From: Muribaculaceae bacterium
GTDB lineage: Bacteria; Bacteroidota; Bacteroidia; Bacteroidales; Muribaculaceae
DNA: 64,000 nucleotides
Assembly (NCBI GenBank): GCA_051871535.1
Contig: JBJECX010000006.1
Span: 9,273-73,272, forward strand
Reading direction: 5' to 3'
This document shows positions 30,401 through 39,000 of the stretch, piece by piece. The translations under genes and the position numbers were made by a program. Under the pieces are notes generated by a model, which had not been told where the DNA came from, made no database searches, and was given only the letters and a program-made list of their open reading frames with translations. Position 1 is the stretch's first letter; every line of letters begins with the position of its first letter.

Positions 30401-30609
30401 TTGTCGCCGGGCTTAACGCTGCTCAAAGTAAACCGTCCGTCGATGTCGGTCGCTCCGAGAGCTTTGCCGTTCTTGAGTTTGATTGTGGCTCCGATGATAG
30501 CTTCGCCTTGCGCATCAACTACCACACCTTTCACCGCATTGCTTTGCGATGTCATAGTGATTGATGATAAAGCCATAGCTATTACCACTAAATACTTTGA
30601 AAATCTCAT
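27418..30609 (-). CDS. susC: SusC/RagA family TonB-linked outer-membrane transporter
   Basis: 1063 aa. N-terminal carboxypeptidase-regulatory-like VKGVVVDAQGEAIIGATIKL, then plug and barrel, ending in GGVKVTF. Confidence 0.9.
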   Translation of the reverse strand: MRFSKYLVVIAMALSSITMTSQSNAVKGVVVDAQGEAIIGATIKLKNGKALGATDIDGRFTLSSVKPGDKIEITYVGMKPQVVTVSKDMKITLDSDEQVLEEVVVTAFGEQKRSAFAGSAAVVQAKTIETKQLTNVMSALQGEAAGVQMVNNSGDPTATPSIRVRGFSSISAGKDPLIVVDGAPYDGGWNNLNPADVASVTVLKDASSTALYGARGANGVIMVTTKRSAQGQAVVTLDARLGSNIRISRDYETIKNPALYYETYYKALYNYQTNSLGVNAQDATALANAQMAGEAGVGGLGYICYTVPDGEYFIGENGRMNPNASLGRRVYNNGNFYTITPDDWQKLAFRHGMRQEYNLNVTGGNDRLQFYGSLGYLNNEGTVYNSDYDRYSARVKADYRLKDWVKIGTNINFAHSQYHTVPSDDSGVFYQVNNMAPIYPAYIRDGAGNIMRDENGVMYDYGDGDEIGLTRPVLPNINPLQDNSLNVNKFKEDAFSIYGYADITPQQVKGLKVTVNGTVSNRFTKGLETANPFYGYWEDNTSNGTITKYSTQTYSYNFQQLINYQREFGNNHIELLLGHEYYKQSYEYLSGTRKNMANYFFNQTLSGAIQVSDASDAMSDYNSEGFFFRGQYDYAQRYFANISYRRDASSRFHPDHRWGNFYSVGGAWIISKESFMNNSGSWLNLLKLKASFGQQGNDKIGDYRYIDTYDIVNSNNQLGLVLSNKGNENITWETNNNMNAGIEFELFGSRLRGGVEYFYKKTTDMLCFVIAPYSSGYNGTYDNIGDMVNKGVEIELNGSIINTANFTWDVNLNATLYKNRIVKLAPSLKEGFEVDGHAGYTSVNNVYCEGLPIYQWYLKRYAGVSEEGKSTWYYTKSDGTLGVTDVYGNATSYLCGDPHPTVYGGFGTSLSLYGFDINVSFTYSLGGKAYDHGYAASMTTPTGINGGHSLHKDILNAWSPTNTDSNIPRLQYGDSNSSASSDRFLCSASNLTLQNINLGYTLPTKWVRSVGLSNVRIYAAGSNLYYWSARRGFDPRSSFTGDTDNTYSYSPSATISGGVKVTF

Positions 30610-30685
30610 ATTCTTGGTTTTAGGTTATTCTTAATTTTTTTTAATAATTATAGCATGACCACAAACAATCTTTCTTTATATTTGG

Positions 30686-30693
30686 CAAAATTA
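30686..30693 (-). promoter_or_regulatory. Candidate -7 box (TAATTTTG on minus strand) for susC
   Basis: Plus-strand CAAAATTA, 77 nt upstream of ATG 30609, in a very AT-rich region. Confidence 0.35.
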
Positions 30694-31147
30694 GCAATTT
30701 GTTACAAAATATCAAATTATTCTACCATAAAAATAAAAATAATCATATTTGGAATTTTAACTTACATTTTGTTACGCAAACATATCAATAAACCACTTTT
30801 TGATATTTTCGATGTTTACGGATGCAAATATAATGCTAATACTTGAATTATGAAAGATTTTTGATAGATAACATATCATTTTGCTACTATATAACCTAAT
30901 TCTGCTCATTAAATGATATTTTGTGTTACACAATATTTACACAATGAAATACGTTATTTTATAGACGAAATCGGATTTTACCTAAATCGAAATTACATTT
31001 ATTAACACATTTGCACAGTCAATATTTATTCTATACACCGGCATATATGCAAGGCGCAGCCAACCCGATGTCGACCCCGCAATGCTACATGCCGACAATT
31101 TTTTTGTAACTTTGCACCGCAAAATTATAGGAACAACCCTGCAACGA

Positions 31148-32092
31148 ATGACGACCGACAGCTCAAACAAGCCCAAAGGCAAACCTGCCTCGATTTGGCA
31201 ACGCCCCATGTGGGTGTCGCTGTTCGCCCTCACAGCCGCCGTGGCGTGGGGATGGGCTTACCCATTGATAAAACTCGGATTTGAAGAATTTAGGATTGAA
31301 GGCGCCGACGCAGGCAGCAAGATGCTGTTTGCCGGTATACGCTTTGCGGTGTCGGGGCTGATAATACTTGCGGCAGCCCGTGCCCGCCACTGCCGTATGA
31401 CACCCGCTCGCGGCTCCGACTGGCTGATGGTGCTTGCCTTTGCGCTGGTGAACACCACGCTGCACTATGCATTTTTCTACATCGGGCTGTGGTATAGCGC
31501 CGGTTCGAGGGCTGCCATACTCAACTCGCTGAGCGTGTTTGCCGTGGTGCTGCTGGCATGCGTGTTTTTCCGCAGCGACCGCCTCACCACCCGCAAGATT
31601 GCAGGCTGCGCCATGGGCATCGCCGGCATAATAGCGCTGAACATGGGCGGCACACAGAGCAGCGACTTCAACTTGCTGGGCGATGTGCTGATTGCGCTGA
31701 ATGCGCTGTGCGGAGCAGCCGCAAGCCTGATGACACGCCCGCTGAGCCGACGCATCGACATCTTTGCCGGCACCGGCTACAGCCTCGCCATAGGCGGCGC
31801 ACTGCTGCTGACGGCAGCGCTACCCATGGGCGGAACTCTGCCACGCATCACCCTTTGGGGCACCATCATACTGCTACTGCTCATAGCCATCAGCACCATA
31901 GGTTTCACATTATATAATAAGCTGCTGTCGTGCAACCCCGTCGGCAAGGTGGCAATATTCAATTCGCTCATCCCCGTGGTGGGCGCCGTGACATCATGCA
32001 TGTGTCTCAACGAGCCTTTCCAGCCAAAATATGCCATAGCAGCCGTGCTCGCCGCCGCCGGAATCTACATTATCAACAAAGGCAAAAAATAA
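31148..32092 (+). CDS. EamA/DMT family transporter
   Basis: 10-TM pattern with two EamA-like halves. Start moved to ATG 31148. Confidence 0.75.
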   Translation: MTTDSSNKPKGKPASIWQRPMWVSLFALTAAVAWGWAYPLIKLGFEEFRIEGADAGSKMLFAGIRFAVSGLIILAAARARHCRMTPARGSDWLMVLAFALVNTTLHYAFFYIGLWYSAGSRAAILNSLSVFAVVLLACVFFRSDRLTTRKIAGCAMGIAGIIALNMGGTQSSDFNLLGDVLIALNALCGAAASLMTRPLSRRIDIFAGTGYSLAIGGALLLTAALPMGGTLPRITLWGTIILLLLIAISTIGFTLYNKLLSCNPVGKVAIFNSLIPVVGAVTSCMCLNEPFQPKYAIAAVLAAAGIYIINKGKK

Positions 32093-32095
32093 CCG

Positions 32096-33499
32096 ATGGA
32101 CAACGAAAAAGCCGGAGCAACCAATTCGATATTCAGCCGCGATTATCTGGCAGCTGTGGCTGTGATGTGCGTCATTATGATGAACGTGCTCGACACCACC
32201 ATTGTGAACGTGGCATTGCCCACGCTTGCCCAGTGCTTTGGTGTGAGCGACACTGCCATCACTTGGGTTGCCAACAGCTATTTGATGCTCATTCCAATGC
32301 TCATGCTGTCGTTTTCGCTGGCAGGCGACGTGTGGGGATATAGGCGCATGTTTGTGATAGGCACGGTGCTGTTCGGATTGGGTTCGTTTGTGTGCGGCAT
32401 GTCGTTGACGTTTGCGCAACTCATAGCCGGGCGAATGATGCAAGGCGTTGGGGCAGCCGGCGTGATGAGTGTCAACACCGCCCTCGTGCGAATCATCTTC
32501 CCTCGCGAGAAACTGCCCATAGCCATGGGAGTCAATGCCATGGTGGTGGCGGTGAGTTCGGCTGCCGGTCCTACTTTGGCAGGAGTGATTCTTCACTTTT
32601 TGTCATGGCAATGGATGTTTTTTATCAATGTTCCCGTGGCTGTGATTGCAATAGTGATAGGTGTACGCCTACTGCCGCGCAACCCCGCATCGCAAGGCGG
32701 AAAAGCCCGTTTCCACTGGTCGAGCGCAATAATGAATTTTGCATTTTTCGGACTGATGCTTCACGGCTTAGACGAGTTTGCTCAGCACGGTTTTAGCGCC
32801 ACGGCAGGCATAGAGGTGGCACTCGGCACAGCGCTTGGCATTGTGTATATGCACAGGCAGACGCGCATCGCCACACCACTGTTTCCTGTCGACTTGATGC
32901 GCAATTCCACTTTCGCCCTGTCGGTCGGCACATCGATATGCTCCTACACGGCGCAAAGCCTTGCCTATGTGTCATTGCCTTTCTTTCTGCATTATGTGAT
33001 GCACTATCAAGCAGTGGCTATTGGAGCCATGATAACGCCTTGGCCGCTTGCCACGGTCATCACCGCCCCGCTTGCAGGCAAATTAGTGTGCCGATTCCGC
33101 GCAGGCATCATCTGCACAGTGGGCATGCTGCTTCTTGCCGTAGGGTTTGCCTTGTTGCTTCTGATGTACGAAGGTTCGCCGGCATGGCAGATGGCTGCCA
33201 CACTGGCACTTTGCGGAGTAGGATTCGGATTGTTCCAGACGCCGAACAATGTCACGTTGGTGAGTTCGGCACCAACACATCGCAGCGGCGGCGCAAGCGG
33301 GATGCTCGGCACGGCACGCGTAATCGGTCAGACCGTGGGCACCACACTGGCAGCCCTCATGCTGCGGTTGTTCACCGACGAGCAACAAGCGTCGGCATGC
33401 CTTGTGGCTGGCATAGCGATGGCTATTGCAGCAGCCATTGTGAGCAGTATGCGACTTAAAGATTCCGGCGCACATGCCGCATCTAACATCAAAGCATAG
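32096..33499 (+). CDS. MFS transporter, DHA2 (EmrB/QacA-like, 14 TMS) family
   Basis: 467 aa; LDTTIVNVALPT and GRMMQGVGAAG motifs typical of DHA2. Confidence 0.8.
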   Translation: MDNEKAGATNSIFSRDYLAAVAVMCVIMMNVLDTTIVNVALPTLAQCFGVSDTAITWVANSYLMLIPMLMLSFSLAGDVWGYRRMFVIGTVLFGLGSFVCGMSLTFAQLIAGRMMQGVGAAGVMSVNTALVRIIFPREKLPIAMGVNAMVVAVSSAAGPTLAGVILHFLSWQWMFFINVPVAVIAIVIGVRLLPRNPASQGGKARFHWSSAIMNFAFFGLMLHGLDEFAQHGFSATAGIEVALGTALGIVYMHRQTRIATPLFPVDLMRNSTFALSVGTSICSYTAQSLAYVSLPFFLHYVMHYQAVAIGAMITPWPLATVITAPLAGKLVCRFRAGIICTVGMLLLAVGFALLLLMYEGSPAWQMAATLALCGVGFGLFQTPNNVTLVSSAPTHRSGGASGMLGTARVIGQTVGTTLAALMLRLFTDEQQASACLVAGIAMAIAAAIVSSMRLKDSGAHAASNIKA

Positions 33500-33533
33500 T
33501 GCCCAAGCATACCCCACGTAGACCGCACCATTT

Positions 33534-33633
33534 TGGGCGAAAAGTTGCAAAAACACCCTCAAACCCTTGGCAAAAAGTTGCAAAAACCTCTTGCAAACAT
33601 TGGCGAGAAGTTGTAAAAACCTCTTGCAGGCAC
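33534..33633. repeat. Three tandem ~33 bp repeats
   Basis: Units at 33534-33567, 33568-33600 and 33601-33633. Consensus is TGGC(A/G)A(A/G)AAGTTG(C/T)AAAAACCTCTTGCA. Confidence 0.8.
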
Positions 33634-33739
33634 TACATATATCACTATGCATCAACCCGTTACGACAATAACGGATAAAACACCAAAAATGCATCAATTT
33701 TAAGGCAGAGTGTTCTATGCCAAGAAAATACGTTAAACT

Positions 33740-33789
33740 CAAATCGGTCATTAGAAAAAACTTTTTAACATTTCTAATGACCGATTTGG
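33740..33789. repeat. Perfect 18 bp-stem hairpin, copy A of a direct-repeat pair
   Basis: CAAATCGGTCATTAGAAA (33740-33757) pairs with TTTCTAATGACCGATTTG (33771-33788). Same unit and orientation at 35017-35069. Confidence 0.85.
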
Positions 33790-33821
33790 GATAAATTGAG
33801 TCGATAGGATTAACTATAAGG

Positions 33822-33862
33822 CTATTTTAGTGCAGGAACAGCCTATTCCTGCACTAAAATAG
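33822..33862 (+). terminator. Perfect 17 bp-stem hairpin followed by T-rich sequence
   Basis: CTATTTTAGTGCAGGAA pairs with TTCCTGCACTAAAATAG across a 7 nt loop, followed by TTTGTAAT. Confidence 0.5.
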
Positions 33863-33967
33863 TTTGTAATAATGCTGATTAGACGTGCTTCCTCACATTA
33901 TGAACAAATTTACTCTATACTACTAAGTAGAATATCTAAATTTGCACAATTAACTAACCACAAATAT

Positions 33968-34759
33968 ATGAGAAGTATTTTTTTATTTCTTTTTTTTGTC
34001 TCAACATTAAGTATGCTGGGGCAGTATCAAACTGATATGGACGTTCAATATACCTCGAAAACAGATGGATATTCTGTAGAACGATGTAAATTGGATATCT
34101 ATTATCCTATGAAGACCTCCGGTATGCCTGTTGTCATATGGTTTCATGGTGGAGGATTGACCGGTGGACAAAAGTCAATACCAGATGGTCTTAAAGACGC
34201 TGGATTCATTGTCGTTGCACCAAACTACAGATTAATACCTAATGTAAAAATAGATGATTGCATTGATGATGCAGCGGAAGCTGTAGCATGGGTGTTCAAC
34301 AATATCAAGGAATATGGAGGTGATTCTTCCAAGATATTTGTCTCTGGTCATTCGGCAGGTGGATACCTCACGAGTATGATTGGATTGGATAAAAAATGGT
34401 TAAAGAATTATGAGATAGAAGCTGACTCTATAGCCGGACTAATCCCATATAGTGGACAAGCGATAACACATTTTGCACATCGCCGAATCAATAATATTCC
34501 AGAGCTACAACCTACCGTTGATGAATATGCGCCATTATTCCATATTCGTAAAGAGGCTCCTCCATATATTATAATTACAGGTGATGAAGACCTTGAGTTA
34601 TATGGTCGATATGAAGAAAACCTATATCTTTGGCGGATGCTTAAACTTGTAGGTCATCCTGATGTACAGATATTCAAGCTGGATGGTCATAATCATGGGG
34701 ACATGGTTAGTCCAGCACATCATATACTTAAACAGCAGATTAAACGGCTAATCCAATAA
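33968..34759 (+). CDS. Alpha/beta hydrolase (carboxylesterase/lipase-like, HGGG type)
   Basis: Signal peptide from ATG 33968. VVIWFHGGGLTGG oxyanion motif and GHSAGG nucleophile elbow. Low GC. Confidence 0.75.
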   Translation: MRSIFLFLFFVSTLSMLGQYQTDMDVQYTSKTDGYSVERCKLDIYYPMKTSGMPVVIWFHGGGLTGGQKSIPDGLKDAGFIVVAPNYRLIPNVKIDDCIDDAAEAVAWVFNNIKEYGGDSSKIFVSGHSAGGYLTSMIGLDKKWLKNYEIEADSIAGLIPYSGQAITHFAHRRINNIPELQPTVDEYAPLFHIRKEAPPYIIITGDEDLELYGRYEENLYLWRMLKLVGHPDVQIFKLDGHNHGDMVSPAHHILKQQIKRLIQ

Positions 34760-35016
34760 ACCATCCTATATTTATTACTGGTGCAATAAAATCGCGTTAA
34801 TTAAAAAATCATCAAATAAAGAGAACCCTTTTACATTTTGGGCTGAATTAGTTGATGAGTCTTGCTTGGTTATGAGTTGTCATAATTTAACACGCTGCAA
34901 AGCAGAGATTCTGATCAAGGTAGTAACTTCGGTGATAGAATAGTTGCTTTTGTTGTCAACCTTAATCCATGCTACCATAATGTAGAAAATGATAGTGGTA
35001 TAGAGATGGACTTTAT

Positions 35017-35069
35017 CCCAAATCGGTCATTAGAAAAAACTATTTAACATTTCTAATGACCGATTTGGG
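35017..35069. repeat. 20 bp-stem hairpin, copy B of the direct-repeat pair
   Basis: CCCAAATCGGTCATTAGAAA (35017-35036) pairs with TTTCTAATGACCGATTTGGG (35050-35069). The loop differs from copy A by 1 nt. Confidence 0.85.
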
Positions 35070-35096
35070 TTTAAGTTAAAAAACTGATTTGCTGAA

Positions 35097-35270
35097 TCAG
35101 CAACAGCGCCGCGGTTAATATCGCTGGTAATCGGATGGCTACAGACTTTGTTATCGGGTAATTCGCGTCCTGTACGCCATTATCGCAGGACAGTGGTCCG
35201 TGGGTTACGCTTCGCTTACCCACGGTATGTGATGCACACTACCATCCGGCGAGTACAGGACGCAAATTTT
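35097..35270. repeat. GC-rich REP-like structured element, related to the 440-1020 cluster
   Basis: CCGCGGTTAATATCG (35109-35123) is the reverse complement of 497-511. Inverted pairs: GCGTCCTGTAC 35165-35175 / GTACAGGACGC 35253-35263, and CCGTGGGT 35198-35205 / ACCCACGG 35218-35225. Confidence 0.6.
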
Positions 35271-35557
35271 ACTCTGCTGCCGGGTCTGTGACCACGCCAA
35301 AGTTGAATATCCGGAATAACAGCCCTCCTTGCAACAAAGCAGCAACAGCGCCCATTTTGTCGAGAAAATCAACCATTATGACACGCTTATCATAATATTT
35401 CTGCCAAAATGTTTGGATTTTCAGAAATTTATACTCATATTTGCATTATGGACAGGCGATAACATCACAATCAACATTCATATTGCCATCCACTCAAGTA
35501 GCTTGCAGGTTTATTTCAAACCGCCAAATATATTCAGTAACAAAAAGTGGAACAGAC

Positions 35558-35791
35558 ATGAACGACAAGGCAAATCACAGCACCGAGGTTGCAAGCAAAT
35601 CGCAAGAAAAGCAACCCACCGCCAACGAGGTTAAGCAATGGATGAACGCTCAAGCCGAGCCACAGCAAAACGCCAACAATGGCAACATGGAGCTTAACGC
35701 TTTTCGCGCTTCTACTTCGCAGACGTCGGGCGGCTACGGCAAACGCGTCGAAGACCTGGTGAAAGGCCTCATGAACAAGACTCTGCTGTGA
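35558..35791 (+). CDS. Small hypothetical protein (77 aa), low complexity
   Basis: ATG 35558 opens MNDKANHSTEVASKSQEKQ... Polar composition, no family recognised. Could be non-coding. Confidence 0.3.
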   Translation: MNDKANHSTEVASKSQEKQPTANEVKQWMNAQAEPQQNANNGNMELNAFRASTSQTSGGYGKRVEDLVKGLMNKTLL

Positions 35792-36072
35792 GGCTGCCGA
35801 CAATGCAAAGTTGCTAACCACGACCCGAGCGGCACTCGCCCACCCTGCATTATATATTGCAACAATAAATAAATCAGAATTCAATAATCAGAAATTAAGC
35901 CTATGGAACCAACAACTTACGACAAGTTCTCGATGCAAGCCCTGCAAGAGCTACATCGCTATAGGGCAGTTATGTTCAGTCCCACCTGCTGAGGACATTC
36001 CATTCCACTCCTCTGTCCCCGGCAAAAAACAGAAACTGAACAAAACAACAACCCTAAAAAAATTCATAATAT

Positions 36073-39000
36073 ATGGCAAATCCAACAATAAAAGAAGTGA
36101 AAGAGTGGATGATGACACTCTATACCGAGAGCCAAAACCAAATCACTCCGGCAGAGCGCACCGAGCAATATAAATATGCCACAATGGTGAAAAAACCCAG
36201 CGACAAACAGTTCCTGGTGAAGATGCTCGACGAAAGCTCGCAGATTCGCAACAGCAAGATTCTTGCACGCCGCATCAAGGACCTCATCGACCAATTTGGT
36301 GTGCCCGAATTCCTGAACACCCGCGACCGCATGCTGTTCAAGCTCTATCAGTGGATTGGACACTACTTCGACTTTATTGCCGTGCCAATCATCAAAAAGC
36401 GTCTGCGCAGCGACTCGTCGCGCGTGATTCTCGATGCTGCACGCCCAAAGCTCACTAAGCACCTTGCCACCCGCTTCGACCAGAAAATCGGTCAGAACGT
36501 CAACCTGCTTGGCGAAGTGGTGCTTGGCAACAAAGAAGCCGACGCCCGCTACCACAAATATCTCGAGGCACTCGAGCAACCCGACATCAACTACATCTCA
36601 GTGAAGATTTCGGGCATCTATGCTCAAACTCATTCGCTCAACTACGAAGAGAGCTTCCCCGAACTGGTTCGCCGCATGAGCGCCCTCTATCAGAAAGCCA
36701 TCGACTTCCCTTACGTCGACCCCGACGGCGTGAAGCGCAGCAAATTCATCAACCTCGATATGGAGGAATATAAGGACTTCCACCTCACCATCAAGGTGTT
36801 CAAAGCCACTTTGAGCAAGCCCGAATTCCTCAACTACGAAGCCGGCATCGTGGTGCAATCCTATCTGCCCGACGCATGGAACTTCCAAACCGAGCTGCTG
36901 GAATTTGCCAAGGAACGCATTGCACGCGGCGGCGCCCCAATAAAGATGCGCATTGTGAAAGGTTGCAACCTCGACATGGAAACCATCACCGCCAGCCTGC
37001 GCGGCTGGGCAAACCCTGTGTTGCCTAACAAGACCATCGTCGACGCCAACTACCTCAAACTCATCGAACGCGGCTTGAAACCTGAAAACGCCAAAGCGCT
37101 GCACATAGGCATGGCATCGCACAACCTGTTCACCATCTCCTACGCCTATCTGCTCACCCAAAAGCTGGGCACACCCAAGGATTGCTTCTGCTTTGAGATG
37201 CTCGAAGGTATGGCTGACCACGTTTGGCGCGCACAAAGCAAGCTTGGCAACCATGTGATTCTTTATGCTCCGGTGGTTAAGGACGAAGACTTCCTCTACG
37301 GCATCAGCTATCTGGTGCGCCGTATGGACGAGCAGACTGCTCCCGAAAACTTCCTCACCCACTCGTTCGACTTAAAGCCAGACACCGACACCTGGCGTTT
37401 CCTCGAAGAACAATTCGAAGAAGCCTACAAGCTCAAGGACAATGTCACCGAAGAGCCCGCCCGCAAGCAGGACCGCAACAAACCCTACACTCCGGTGCCT
37501 CCTACCGACGAGATGCGCAACGAGCCCGACACCGACTTCGACCTCGTGCCTAACCAAGAATGGCAGGCTGGCATCTTCAAGAAATGGAAGAAATCGACTG
37601 CCGACAAACCGGAAATCATTCCGCTGCAAATCGGCGCTAAAACTATTGAAACCGAAAGCCGTCAGAAATACTTCGACCGCAGCCAAGGCGACGCCGTGCA
37701 AGTGGCTGAAATGTGCCGCGCCGGCGAAAAGGAAATTGCCGAAATCATAAAGATTGCCGACGAAGACCCCGCAGGATGGCGCAATACCACCCTCGAACAA
37801 CGCCACCAAATCATGTTCAAGGCAGCCAATCTGCTTGGCGAGATGCGCGGCGACCTCATCGGCTCGATGTGCGCCATCACCGGCAAGACCGTGGTTGAAG
37901 GCGACGTTGAAGTGAGCGAAGGCATCGACTATGCACGCTTCTACACCACATCGATGAAGAAGTTTGCAGCCCTCGCCGACGTCGACATCACTGCCAAGGG
38001 CACCATCCTGGTGATTTCGCCATGGAATTTCCCATGCGCCATTCCGTGCGGCGGCGTTGTAGCAGCATTGGCAGGCGGCAACACCTGTATTCTCAAGCCC
38101 GCCTCGGTGGCTGCTCCTGTGGCTTGGCTCTTTGCCAAAGCATTCTGGGATGCCGGCGTGCCTAAAGAAGCACTGCAAGTGGTAATCACCGACCGCCCTG
38201 CCCTCAAGGCACTCACCACTGCGCCCGAAATCAAACACATCATACTCACTGGCGGCACCGACACCGCTCAAGCCATCACCCGCACTGCTCCGCTCACTCC
38301 GCTGAGCGCCGAAACAGGCGGCAAGAATGCTATGATTCTCACCGCTTCGGGCGACCAGGACCACGCCATCATGAACGCTTGCCACTCGGCATTCGGCAAC
38401 GCCGGTCAGAAGTGCTCGGCATGCTCGCTCTTCCTCGTTCACCGCTCAATCTACAACGACCCGAAGTTTATGGCAAAGTTGAAGGACTGCGCCGAATCGA
38501 TGAAGGTGGGTTCGGTGTGGAACGCAGGCAACGTGGTAGGCCCGATGATTACCAACGAAAACGACAAGCTAAAACAGGCATTCACCCTCGAGCCGGGCGA
38601 AGAATGGCTTGTTGAACCCAAGTTTATCGACGAAAAGAAGTATATTCTTGCTCCAACCATCAAGATTGGTGCCAAGCCCGAAAACTTCAGCTTCCGCACC
38701 GAGCTGTTTGCTCCGCTGCTCACCGTGGCACCATTCGACACCCTCGAAGAAGCTGTGGCTATGGTCAACAGCCTCGACTATGGCTTGACAAGCGGTTTGC
38801 AATCGCTCGACGAAAACGAACAAGCCTACTGGAAAGAGCACATCGTGGCAGGTAACCTCTACATCAATCGCGGCATCACCGGCGCCATCGTCAACCGTCA
38901 GCCATTCGGCGGCATGAAGAAGAGCGCATTTGGCGGCGGCGTGAAAGCCGGCGGCCCCAACTATGTGGCTTGCTTCGTGAACATCACCGACAAACCCGGC

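Noticed and set aside
33534-33633. The tandem 33 bp repeats, considered as a CRISPR array or as sigma-54 promoters (TGGCA-N-TTGCA).
   Set aside because: - The units are contiguous with no spacers, so this is not a CRISPR array.
- The GG-to-GC spacing is one nucleotide short of the sigma-54 consensus in two units, and the -24 element is poor in the third.
- No obvious sigma-54-dependent gene lies downstream.
33083-33751. 222 aa minus-strand ORF containing repeated CKRFLQL segments.
   Set aside because: It overlaps the 3' end of the MFS gene antisense. Its repeats are simply the translation of the three 33 bp tandem DNA repeats.
34760-35016. A possible decayed gene between the hydrolase and hairpin copy B.
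   Set aside because: No open frame or recognisable motif could be read on either strand, so it is left unannotated.
35329-36173. ORFs at 35329-35634, 35534-35884 (minus strand) and 35811-36173.
   Set aside because: They overlap each other, overlap the REP-like element or the putA start, and have low-complexity or nonsense composition. Only the 77 aa frame was kept, and at low confidence.
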